A stretch of 20,000 nucleotides of DNA from an uncultured virus (IMG/VR IMGVR_UViG_3300020379_000310) (taxonomy: Duplodnaviria > Heunggongvirae > Uroviricota > Caudoviricetes). The notes below the pieces were generated by a model. That model was given only the letters and a program-made list of their open reading frames with translations, made no database searches and was not told where the DNA came from. The first letter of the stretch is position 1, and each line of letters starts with the position of its first letter. The stretch lies in the IMG/VR virus record IMGVR_UViG_3300020379_000310. One strand, 5' to 3'. Positions 7,991 to 16,425 of the stretch are shown one piece after another. The translations under genes and the position numbers were made by a program.

Positions 7991-9928
7991 ATGGCTTTCC
8001 AATTATCGCCTGGCGTCTTAACGAAAGAACAAGACCTTACTAATGTTGTCCCCGCTGTAGCCACTACTATTGGTGGAATCGTGGGAGACTTCCAGTGGGG
8101 CCCTGCTCATGAGATTGTTGCTATAACTAGTGAAAATAATCTCGTAGAGAGGTACGGCAAACCCACATCAAGTGTATATTATGACCACATGGTAGCATCA
8201 AGTTTCTTGGCTTACGGTTCACAATTGTTAACTGTCCGAGAAGTAGGAGCTGCTGCTAGAAACGCAGTTGGTACTGGTACTGCTGTAATAATCAAAAACA
8301 GAGAAGCATATAATGAAAACTATGCTGCTGGAGAAGGTGCTGTTGGCCCTTGGGCTGCAAAATACCCCGGCACTAGAGGTAACGCGCTTAAAGTAGAAAT
8401 CGCTGATATTACTTCTGCTTCTGCTTTATCAGTAGGTTCCACAACAATAACCGCTGCTGGTTCTGGATATTCATCCGCAACAGTAACATTTTCCGACCCA
8501 ACAGGTGTAACTCCTGCTAATGGTGGTATTACTGCTACTGGAACAGTGGCTTTATCTGGTAACAATGTTGCATCAATCACAATTACAAATCCAGGCTACG
8601 GATATACATCTGCGCCTACATTGACAATTGCTGGTGATGGTTCATCTGCAACTGCTACAGCTGCATTACAAACCGCGTGGACATACAAAGACAATTTTGA
8701 TTTCACACCTACTACAACTACATGGGCAAAGAACAATGGTGCTTCACGCGACATGGTTCATGTTATTGTTGTTGATGAAACTGGAGAAATCACTGGAACT
8801 GCTGGAACAGTCCTAGAAAAATTCGCTGGACTATCCAAGGCATCTGACGCTAAAGATGACCTAAACCAGACAAACTTTTACAAAAATGTAATCAATGACC
8901 GTTCAGAATGGATATACTGGATGGATCATCCTACAAACGGAAGCAACTGGGGTAACTCATCTGCTGGTGGAACTACTTTTGCTACATTGCTAGGTTCCTC
9001 AGATGGTGATGTTTCAACTTCACTTGGAAGTGGTGTTGACGCCTCTCCTGCTACTGCTGACCTACAATCTGGATACGGACTATTCGCAAATGACGAATTA
9101 GTAGATGTAAACCTAATCTTAGGTTCCGCACACGCAACTGCCGTAGGTGATTACATTATCGATAATGTTGCAGAAATTCGTAAAGATGCTATGGTATTTA
9201 TTTCTCCACAGAGAAGTGCCGTAGTAAACAACGAAGGTTCAGAAACAACATCAATCATTTCAACAACTGACCTTAACGCATATACTCGTTCATCTTATGC
9301 AGTATATGATTCTGGTTGGAAATATATGTACGACAAGTACAATGACAGATATGTCTACATTCCTCTGAATGGAGATATTGCTGGTACTTGTGTTGTTACA
9401 GACAAAGCTGATGACCCTTGGTTCTCGCCAGGCGGACTTAATAGAGGACAGATTAAAAATGCAATCAAACTCGCATGGTCACCTAATAAGTCACAAAGAG
9501 ATACACTTTACACTAAAGGTGTAAACCCTGTAATCTCAACACCAGGCTCTGGTATTGTATTGTTTGGAGACAAGACAATGCTTGATACACCAAGTGCATT
9601 TAACAGAATTAATGTTCGTAGGTTGTTTATTGTCCTTGAGAAGGCAATCGCAACCGCTGCTAAATTCCAATTATTCGAGTTCAATGATGCATTTACAAGG
9701 GCACAATTTGTTGCTCTAGTAGAACCTTTCTTGAGAGATGTTCAAGGAAGAAGGGGTATCTTTGATTTCCGCGTAGTATGTGACGAAACAAACAATACTG
9801 CTGCTGTGATAGACGCTAATGAGTTTAGGGCTGACATATTTGTCAAACCTGCTAAGTCTATCAACTTCATAACGCTAACATTTGTTGCGACAAGAAGCGG
9901 AATATCTTTTGAAGAACTTGGCGGTTAA
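7991..9928 (+). CDS. gp18: Tail sheath protein gp18
   Basis: MAFQLSPGV..KEQDLT, PWFSPGGLNRGQI, GDKT...SAFNRINVRRLF, FVKPAKSINFITLTFVATR. Confidence 0.98.
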   Translation: MAFQLSPGVLTKEQDLTNVVPAVATTIGGIVGDFQWGPAHEIVAITSENNLVERYGKPTSSVYYDHMVASSFLAYGSQLLTVREVGAAARNAVGTGTAVIIKNREAYNENYAAGEGAVGPWAAKYPGTRGNALKVEIADITSASALSVGSTTITAAGSGYSSATVTFSDPTGVTPANGGITATGTVALSGNNVASITITNPGYGYTSAPTLTIAGDGSSATATAALQTAWTYKDNFDFTPTTTTWAKNNGASRDMVHVIVVDETGEITGTAGTVLEKFAGLSKASDAKDDLNQTNFYKNVINDRSEWIYWMDHPTNGSNWGNSSAGGTTFATLLGSSDGDVSTSLGSGVDASPATADLQSGYGLFANDELVDVNLILGSAHATAVGDYIIDNVAEIRKDAMVFISPQRSAVVNNEGSETTSIISTTDLNAYTRSSYAVYDSGWKYMYDKYNDRYVYIPLNGDIAGTCVVTDKADDPWFSPGGLNRGQIKNAIKLAWSPNKSQRDTLYTKGVNPVISTPGSGIVLFGDKTMLDTPSAFNRINVRRLFIVLEKAIATAAKFQLFEFNDAFTRAQFVALVEPFLRDVQGRRGIFDFRVVCDETNNTAAVIDANEFRADIFVKPAKSINFITLTFVATRSGISFEELGG

Positions 9929-9932
9929 TAGA

Positions 9933-9940
9933 GATAAATA
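9933..9940 (+). promoter_or_regulatory. Probable late promoter variant GATAAATA for gp19
   Basis: One mismatch to TATAAATA, in the gp18-gp19 gap; SD AGGAG downstream. Confidence 0.55.
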
Positions 9941-9964
9941 AAATAAAGTTAGGAGAAAAAACAG

Positions 9965-10483
9965 ATGAATATTGAAGAGTTTAAGGCCAGACTAGGTGCT
10001 GGTGGAGCAAGACCTAATCAGTTTAGGGTTAAGCTTGCCTTCCCTTCTTATGTTACTGGTGTTGACCCATCTTACAGTCTGCTCGTAACTGGGGCCGCCC
10101 TTCCCGCTTCCAATGTTAACCCTGCTATCATCCAATATAGAGGTAGGGAAATTAAACTTGCAGGCGAAAGGATATTCGACCCTTGGACTATTACAGTAGT
10201 TAACGACTCAGATTTTAGTCTACGAGCACCATTTGAAGCTTGGATGAACGGTATGAATGACCGTGAAACCAACGAAGCGATTACTTTGGAACCATCAAGT
10301 TACCAAAGTGATATCGTTGTGGAACATTTAGATAGGAATGACCGTGTGTTAGAGAATGGAACTTACACACTTAGAAACGCATTTCCTATTCAGATGTCAG
10401 AAATTGCATTGAACTATGCTCAGAATGACATCTTTGAAGAATTTACGGTGACATGGCAATACACACATTATGATGTAGAATAA
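9965..10483 (+). CDS. gp19: Tail tube protein gp19
   Basis: GGARPNQFRV, A.LPAS, YRGREIKLAGERIFDPWTITVVND, EEFTVTWQY. Confidence 0.97.
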   Translation: MNIEEFKARLGAGGARPNQFRVKLAFPSYVTGVDPSYSLLVTGAALPASNVNPAIIQYRGREIKLAGERIFDPWTITVVNDSDFSLRAPFEAWMNGMNDRETNEAITLEPSSYQSDIVVEHLDRNDRVLENGTYTLRNAFPIQMSEIALNYAQNDIFEEFTVTWQYTHYDVE

Positions 10484-10509
10484 TCTACGAGTTGAAGAAG
10501 GTATAAATT

Positions 10510-12027
10510 ATGGAATTATTTGGATTAGAAATAACTAGATCCAAGTCAAAGACGGAAAAATCATTCGTTCCGCCTCATGACGATGGGTCTTTAGAAAGTA
10601 TAAGGGCGGGTGGATACTACGGTACTTACTTTGATATAGAAGGTACTGCTAATAGTGAAACCCAACTTATCAAAAGATATAGAGATATATCAATGATGGG
10701 CGATGTTGACGCAGCCATTGAGGATGTTGTCAACGATGCCATCGCAAACTTAGATGATGAGAAACCAGTTAAGTTAAATCTTGACAAGGTTCAACAATCT
10801 GCCACAGTTAAAAAGGCGATTGTAAATGAGTTTGACGGTGTTCTTAGAATGTTAGATTTTAACACTAGGGCACAAGATTATTTCAGACGGTGGTATATTG
10901 ATGGAAGGATTTTCTTTCACAAAGTCATCGATACTGAAAAACCAAAAGAAGGTTTAAAGGATGTTCGGTATGTAGACCCAAGGAAAATCCGAAAGGTCAG
11001 AGAAGTTAAGAAAGAGAAAGATAAAAAATCTCAAGTAACTCTCGTGAAAGATGTACTAGAATATTTTGTGTTTGATGAGAAGGGGATTGCCACCAACTCA
11101 CAAATGTCGTACAGGACAGATGTAGTTAACGACAAGGCAATAAAGGTTAGCAAAGACGCCGTAACATACTGTACATCGGGTCTAGTTGACCAAGATAGGA
11201 ACATACCACTTTCCTATCTTCACAAGGCGATACGCCCTGCTAACCAATTGAGAATGATGGAGAACGCAGTGGTGATTTATCGTATCACGCGAGCTCCAGA
11301 AAGAAGAATTTTTTATATAGATGTTGGAAATCTGCCAACAGGAAAGGCAGAACAATATCTAAAAGATGTTATGAGTCGCTACAGAAACAAACTTGTTTAT
11401 GATAGTGATACTGGTGAGATAAGAGATGACAAGAAGTTTATGTCAATGCTTGAAGACTTCTGGTTACCGAGGAAAGAAGGTGGCAGAGGAACAGAGATTC
11501 AAACATTGCCAGGCGGGTCTAACTTGGGTGAGATTGAAGATGTAGTTTACTTCCAAAAGAAACTATATCAGGCACTCAATGTTCCGATTTCTCGTCTGGA
11601 ACAACAAAGTGGACTGAATTTTGGTAGGTCTGCTGAGATTACCAGAGATGAACTTAAATTTACAAAGTTCGTTTCTAAGTTGAGAAATAGATTTAGTGGG
11701 ATATTTGATGACCTACTAAAAACTCAACTTGTACTGAAAGGGGTCATTAACGAAGAAGAATGGCCAGAGATTAGAAATGACCTACAGTATATGTACGCTC
11801 AAGATGCCTACTATACTGAGTCTAAGGAACAAGAAATTCTTAGAAGTAGGTTAGAGATACTAAACGGTGTGGTGCCATTTATAGGTCAATTGTTTAGTAA
11901 AGAGTATGTACAAAAGAATATTATGCGATTCTCCGATGAGGAGATAAGTATTATAGACGGGCAAATTGCAGCTAGTCAAGAAGGAGGGGAAGAACCTCAA
12001 ATAACTAATGGAGAAGATAATGAGTGA
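10510..12027 (+). CDS. gp20: Portal protein gp20
   Basis: FRRWYIDGR, SYLHKAIRPANQLRMMENAVVIYRITRAPERRIFYIDVGNLP, EDFWLPRKEGGRGTEIQTLPGG. Confidence 0.98.
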   Translation: MELFGLEITRSKSKTEKSFVPPHDDGSLESIRAGGYYGTYFDIEGTANSETQLIKRYRDISMMGDVDAAIEDVVNDAIANLDDEKPVKLNLDKVQQSATVKKAIVNEFDGVLRMLDFNTRAQDYFRRWYIDGRIFFHKVIDTEKPKEGLKDVRYVDPRKIRKVREVKKEKDKKSQVTLVKDVLEYFVFDEKGIATNSQMSYRTDVVNDKAIKVSKDAVTYCTSGLVDQDRNIPLSYLHKAIRPANQLRMMENAVVIYRITRAPERRIFYIDVGNLPTGKAEQYLKDVMSRYRNKLVYDSDTGEIRDDKKFMSMLEDFWLPRKEGGRGTEIQTLPGGSNLGEIEDVVYFQKKLYQALNVPISRLEQQSGLNFGRSAEITRDELKFTKFVSKLRNRFSGIFDDLLKTQLVLKGVINEEEWPEIRNDLQYMYAQDAYYTESKEQEILRSRLEILNGVVPFIGQLFSKEYVQKNIMRFSDEEISIIDGQIAASQEGGEEPQITNGEDNE

Positions 12028-12307
12028 AGTAGAAAATAAAGAAGTGGAAGTGACTGACCAAGTAACACCACAAGATGCTGTCAGAAACATGATGGATAAG
12101 TGGGCAGATGGTGACTACACAGGCGCAAACGATGACTTTGCGAAGGCGATGGGTACAAGGGCGGATGAATTAGTTTCCGCGAGAAAGGAAGAAATTGCAA
12201 ATGCAATCTTTAATGACCCAGAACTACAAAAGATGGGACTTGAGGCTGCATCCGAAGAAGAATTAGAACAAACAGAAACCGAAGGGGAAACAAATGAAGA
12301 CATTTAA
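12020..12307 (+). CDS. Prohead core protein, gp67-like (start probably 12020 rather than 12008)
   Basis: Small acidic helical protein right after the portal gene, with A..DF..AM..R....V.ARKEEIA..IF. GGAG (12010-12013) lies 6 nt before the ATG at 12020. Confidence 0.7.
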   Translation: MSEVENKEVEVTDQVTPQDAVRNMMDKWADGDYTGANDDFAKAMGTRADELVSARKEEIANAIFNDPELQKMGLEAASEEELEQTETEGETNEDI

Positions 12308-12647
12308 AGAGTTACGCGAGGAAGCGCAACCAGTAGAGAAACCTAAGAAGGAAGTCTCTGCTGCCAATGTTCCTGCTGAAAAAGGAACAGAAGGTCATGT
12401 CGTTCCCCCAAAACAGGGAAGTTCGGAAGACCCGAAACTAACACATATGTGTGCTACTAAGGTTGTCCATCCCAAATTCGGTGAGGGTAAACCCATAGTA
12501 GGAGAGCATGCTGAACCAGACTCAGAAGGTAGCATTGCTTGGTATAGGGTTATGTTTGAACACGGTGTGGAAATGTGTGAAACCTATGCTTTGGAAATCT
12601 TAGCAGAAGGGCCACATGGTAACCACTCCAAGAAAAAAGGATATTAG
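12294..12647 (+). CDS. Putative internal head protein: capsid-targeting-like N-terminus plus Tudor/SH3-like His/Cys-rich domain
   Basis: MKTFKELREE resembles the T4 internal-protein capsid targeting sequence (MKTYQEFIAE). Also HMCATKVVHPKFGEGK...WYRVMFEHG. Located in the head module. Confidence 0.6.
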   Translation: MKTFKELREEAQPVEKPKKEVSAANVPAEKGTEGHVVPPKQGSSEDPKLTHMCATKVVHPKFGEGKPIVGEHAEPDSEGSIAWYRVMFEHGVEMCETYALEILAEGPHGNHSKKKGY

Positions 12648-12657
12648 GAGAAACTAA

Positions 12658-13047
12658 ATGGCAGTCGTAGTCGATGTTTTAAAACTTACTCAAGTTCAAG
12701 GAGTATGTGCCGTTCGTGGGACAGCTGCGACAGGCACCATTGCTCTTGCAACCACTCTGAAGAAGAGTACTGAAACTCAGAGTTCACCAAAGGCAGATAT
12801 TAAAGCAATTCATTGGACATTATCTGCAAGTGCAAGTGCTAAGATACAAAGGAATAGTGATATTCTCTATGAATTAACAGAGAGTGGTTCACTAGATTTT
12901 TACGGATTCAATGACAATCACCAGAATGACCAAGATATAGAAGTAGTTATCGCTGGTGGTGCAGGCGGAACTGTAATAGTAGAGACTGCTAAGGTTAGTG
13001 GATACGGTTCACAACAACACCAAGGCGCAGATGGGAGTTTAGGATAA
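12658..13047 (+). CDS. Hypothetical beta-rich protein upstream of the prohead protease
   Basis: SD AGGAG; alternating hydrophobic beta pattern; tightly packed between head genes. Confidence 0.75.
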   Translation: MAVVVDVLKLTQVQGVCAVRGTAATGTIALATTLKKSTETQSSPKADIKAIHWTLSASASAKIQRNSDILYELTESGSLDFYGFNDNHQNDQDIEVVIAGGAGGTVIVETAKVSGYGSQQHQGADGSLG

Positions 13048-13048
13048 A

Positions 13049-13702
13049 ATGAAACTTATAACAGAAACAACAGAAGATATTCAATATATCAAAGAAGATA
13101 AAGACGGTAAGACAAACCTTTTCATTGAGGGTGTCTTTCTCCAATCTGACCTTAAAAACAGAAACGGTAGAGTATACCCTAAAGAAATCATGCAAAGGGA
13201 AGTAGACCGTTATGTAAAAGAAAGTATCGATAAGAAAAGGGCAATGGGTGAGTTAGGACATCCAGATGGCCCTACAATTAATTTAGACCGCGTGTCACAC
13301 ATGATTACTTCTTTGAGAGAAGACGGTTCCAATTACATTGGAAAAGCAAAAATTCTTGATACACCTATGGGAAATATCGTAAAGAACCTTATAGACGAAG
13401 GTGCCTCCCTTGGTGTTAGTTCCAGAGGACTAGGAACTTTAAAAGAAAAGAATGGCATCAACGAGGTACAAGATGACTTTGTACTATCAACTGCTGCTGA
13501 TATAGTCGCAGACCCATCTGCTCCAGACGCCTTTGTTAGAGGTATCATGGAACATAAAGAGTGGGTAATGGTTGAAGGTACTTGGATGGAACAGGACATC
13601 GACTTAGCTGTAAGGCGAATCAAGAAGGCTGGTTCTCGTGAACTAGAGGAAGCGAAGATGGAAGTGTTCAGTTCATTCATGGATAAGCTGTCAAAAATCT
13701 AA
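13049..13702 (+). CDS. gp21: Prohead protease gp21
   Basis: MKLITE, IEGVFLQ..KNRNGRVYP, GELGHPDGPTINLDRVSH, GVSSRGLG, ADIVADPSAPDAFV. Confidence 0.98.
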   Translation: MKLITETTEDIQYIKEDKDGKTNLFIEGVFLQSDLKNRNGRVYPKEIMQREVDRYVKESIDKKRAMGELGHPDGPTINLDRVSHMITSLREDGSNYIGKAKILDTPMGNIVKNLIDEGASLGVSSRGLGTLKEKNGINEVQDDFVLSTAADIVADPSAPDAFVRGIMEHKEWVMVEGTWMEQDIDLAVRRIKKAGSRELEEAKMEVFSSFMDKLSKI

Positions 13703-13707
13703 AGATT

Positions 13708-13715
13708 TATAAATA
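13708..13715 (+). promoter_or_regulatory. T4-type late promoter TATAAATA for gp22
   Basis: Perfect consensus in the intergenic gap; SD AAGGAG. Confidence 0.88.
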
Positions 13716-13752
13716 AATACAGTATAACGCAAATCTCAAAGGAGAAATTAAC

Positions 13753-14991
13753 ATGGGCGTAGAAAGCAAAATAAGAGAAATGCTCGCTAAGGGTAAGGAA
13801 GTAGAATCCGCTCTTAATGAGGAGACTCAAGAACTGGATGAGGCAGGAGCTGCTGAAAATCTAAAGCCAAATGCAACGGCTGGTGACTCAAGTAATCCAA
13901 CTCAAGGGAACTCAAACCCTAATCCAGAAATTCAAGACCTTAGTGGAACTGGAGACAAGCATGGTGGTTTAACATCTGCAATTGGCCCCGCTTCCGCATC
14001 TAAAGTCGGTGATGCACCAAGACCTGCTAATTCAGGCGCTGGTCAGGCACCAAACTACGATGGTGGTGAAGACACCGCATCTGTAGTTGCTCAACCATCT
14101 TCAGAGGGTATTCGTACTCAGAAAGAAGAAGAAGAGGTTGAAGACGAGGTAATCGCTGAAGATGAAGTAGAGAACGAAGAAGAAGTTGTCTCTGAGTCTG
14201 AAGTAGAAGAAGTAGAATCAGAAGAGGAGGACGCAGAGGTGTCACAAGAAACAGAAGAAGAAACATTGTTTGAAAATGACATCCAAAACCTTTTCGCTGA
14301 CGAGGAACACCTCTCAGAAGAGTTTAAAGTAAAGGCTGCAGAACTTTTTGAAACTGTAGTCACTGCAAGACTCGCTAACGAAATAGAATCCATTCAGAAA
14401 GAACTTGAAGAACAGTCTCAAATTGAAAGAGAAACCTTCAAAGAGGAAATGGTAGGTAAAATCGATCAATACCTTAACTATGTCGCTGAAAACTGGATGA
14501 AAGAGAACGAGCTTGCTATCGAGCGCGGTCTTAGGACTGAAATAACAGAAGACTTTATTAAGTCGCTGAAAACTGTTTTCGCAGAACACTACATTGAAGT
14601 ACCACAAGACAAGTACGATGTGTTAGGTGAAATGCAAGACGAAATTGAGGAACTTAAAAAGAAACTCAATGAGTCAGTCGAAGCACAAATTAATCTTACT
14701 ACTGATAGAGAGTCGCTAATGCGTTCTAAAATTATCGGTGAGATTTCTGAAGACTTAACACTTACTGAACAAGAGAAACTTACTTCTCTAGTTGAAGATG
14801 TTGCCTTTGGAACTAGTGAGATGTTTGCTGAAAAAGTAACTGTTGTTAAAGAGAACTATTTCCCTAAACAGGAAACTGTTAAGGAAGAGTCCGAGTCCGT
14901 AATGACTGACACTGTACCCGAAGAACTAATTGAAGAGGGTTCAGCCGTTAGTAGGTACGCTCAAGCGATTTCACGACAAGTTAAAAAATAA
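13753..14991 (+). CDS. gp22: Prohead core scaffolding protein gp22
   Basis: LSEEFKVKAAELFE, IDQYLNYVAENWMKENELAIERGLRTEITEDF, F.EHYIEVP, KENYF; very acidic; between gp21 and gp23. Confidence 0.95.
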   Translation: MGVESKIREMLAKGKEVESALNEETQELDEAGAAENLKPNATAGDSSNPTQGNSNPNPEIQDLSGTGDKHGGLTSAIGPASASKVGDAPRPANSGAGQAPNYDGGEDTASVVAQPSSEGIRTQKEEEEVEDEVIAEDEVENEEEVVSESEVEEVESEEEDAEVSQETEEETLFENDIQNLFADEEHLSEEFKVKAAELFETVVTARLANEIESIQKELEEQSQIERETFKEEMVGKIDQYLNYVAENWMKENELAIERGLRTEITEDFIKSLKTVFAEHYIEVPQDKYDVLGEMQDEIEELKKKLNESVEAQINLTTDRESLMRSKIIGEISEDLTLTEQEKLTSLVEDVAFGTSEMFAEKVTVVKENYFPKQETVKEESESVMTDTVPEELIEEGSAVSRYAQAISRQVKK

Positions 14992-14997
14992 CTTTTA

Positions 14998-15005
14998 TAT
15001 AAATA
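14998..15005 (+). promoter_or_regulatory. T4-type late promoter TATAAATA for gp23
   Basis: Perfect consensus in the intergenic gap; SD AGGAG. Confidence 0.88.
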
Positions 15006-15047
15006 ATACCAATAGGTAAATAACCAGAAAGAAAATAGGAGACTACA

Positions 15048-16310
15048 ATGTATCTTTCAGAAGAAATCCAAAAAAAGTGGAGTCCAGTATTGGAACATCC
15101 CGACCTTGGCGAAATCAAGGATAGTTATCGTAAAGCGGTAACAGCTGTTATTCTTGAGAACCAAGAGAAGGCTCTTGCCGAAGAGAAAAATATCACTGAG
15201 GCAGTCCACGCAAATAATATGTCATCTGCGATTGACACTTATGACCCCATCCTTATCTCATTAGTAAGACGAGCTCTTCCTAATTTGATGGCGTATGATG
15301 TCTGTGGTGTTCAACCAATGACTGGCCCAACAGGTCTTATCTTTGCCATGAAGTCACATTACACCTCACAAACAGGTACAGAAGCTCTGTACAATGAGGC
15401 TGATACTGACTTTGCTGGTACAGGTACTCACGCTGGGTCTAATCCAGTTGACGGTTCATACACAACTGGTACTGGTATCACTAGAGACAACGCTGAGTTG
15501 TTAGGTGACACAGTTACTTTGAACCAAATGGCGTTCTCAATCGAGAAAACAACTGTAACCGCTAAGTCAAGAGCACTTAAAGCAGAATATACTGTGGAAC
15601 TTGCTCAAGACCTTAAAGCAGTTCACGGTCTTGACGCTGAGTCAGAATTGTCAAACATTCTTTCTCAAGAAATTCTCGCTGAGATTAACAGAGAAGTAAT
15701 TAGAACTATCTACAAAGTTGCTAAGACAGGTGCTGCTTCGACTGCATCTGCTGGTACTTTCGACCTTGATGTTGATTCAAATGGTCGTTGGTCTGTAGAA
15801 AGATTCAAGGGTCTCTTGTTCAACATTGAACGAGATGCTAATGTTATCGCTCAAGATACTCGTAGAGGAAAAGGTAACTTCATCATCTGTTCTTCAGATG
15901 TTGCCTCTGCACTTTCAATGGCTGGTGTACTAGACTACACTCCTGCTCTTGATACTAACTTGAATGTTGATGACACTGGTAACACTTTCGCCGGTACGCT
16001 TAATGGCCGATACAAAGTGTATGTTGACCCTTATTCTGCTAACACAGGTGCTGCTTCTCAGTTCTATGTTGTTGGTTATAAAGGAACTTCACCTTATGAC
16101 GCTGGTCTGTTCTACTGTCCGTATGTTCCATTACAAATGGTTCGTGCAATTGACCCATCTACTTTCCAACCGAAAATCGGTTTCAAAACTAGATATGGTA
16201 TGATTGCTAACCCATTCGTAACACAATCAGATGGTACAACTGACGCAGATACCTTTACTGCTGATAGAAACCAGTACTACAGGTCTGTTAAGGTTTCCAA
16301 CCTTATGTAA
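15048..16310 (+). CDS. gp23: Major capsid protein gp23
   Basis: KWSPVLEH, DPILISLVRRALPNLMAYDVCGVQPMTGPTGLIFAM, KSRALKAEYTVELAQDLKAVHGLDAE, FQPKIGFKTRYG. Likely gp21 cleavage at ITE|A after residue 51. Confidence 0.99.
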   Translation: MYLSEEIQKKWSPVLEHPDLGEIKDSYRKAVTAVILENQEKALAEEKNITEAVHANNMSSAIDTYDPILISLVRRALPNLMAYDVCGVQPMTGPTGLIFAMKSHYTSQTGTEALYNEADTDFAGTGTHAGSNPVDGSYTTGTGITRDNAELLGDTVTLNQMAFSIEKTTVTAKSRALKAEYTVELAQDLKAVHGLDAESELSNILSQEILAEINREVIRTIYKVAKTGAASTASAGTFDLDVDSNGRWSVERFKGLLFNIERDANVIAQDTRRGKGNFIICSSDVASALSMAGVLDYTPALDTNLNVDDTGNTFAGTLNGRYKVYVDPYSANTGAASQFYVVGYKGTSPYDAGLFYCPYVPLQMVRAIDPSTFQPKIGFKTRYGMIANPFVTQSDGTTDADTFTADRNQYYRSVKVSNLM

Positions 16311-16340
16311 TAAGAGTTGAGTTAATCAACCAAGTTTAGA

Positions 16341-16368
16341 GGGAGTCTTTCGAGACTCCCTTTTTTTT
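16341..16368 (+). terminator. Rho-independent terminator after gp23
   Basis: GGGAGTCT-TTCG-AGACTCCC stem-loop followed by T8. Confidence 0.93.
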
Positions 16369-16372
16369 GGGC

Positions 16373-16401
16373 TTGACATTTGTTATAAATAGCAGTATAA
16401 T
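16373..16401 (+). promoter_or_regulatory. Consensus sigma70 promoter TTGACA-N17-TATAAT
   Basis: TTGACA at 16373-16378 and TATAAT at 16396-16401 with a 17-nt spacer; T-tract just upstream. Confidence 0.8.
16384..16391 (+). promoter_or_regulatory. T4-type late promoter TATAAATA for gp3, nested in the sigma70 spacer
   Basis: Perfect consensus just after the terminator. Confidence 0.82.
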
Positions 16402-16425
16402 ATTAATCATTTTAGGTTTAGAACT

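Noticed and set aside
10502..10509. TATAAATT immediately before the gp20 ATG
   Set aside because: Mismatched at the last base and abutting the start codon; better explained as the spacer after the AAGG SD.
14120..14270. GAA-rich quasi-repeats
   Set aside because: These encode the Glu-rich tract of scaffold gp22; not a tandem repeat array or CRISPR.
6298..16310. Possible introns, inteins or homing endonucleases in gp17, gp20 or gp23
   Set aside because: All ORFs are continuous and of normal length, intergenic gaps are tiny, and no intein, HNH or GIY-YIG motifs were seen.
16316..16330. Small hairpin GTTGA-GTTAA-TCAAC after the gp23 stop
   Set aside because: Only a 5-bp stem; the true terminator follows at 16341.
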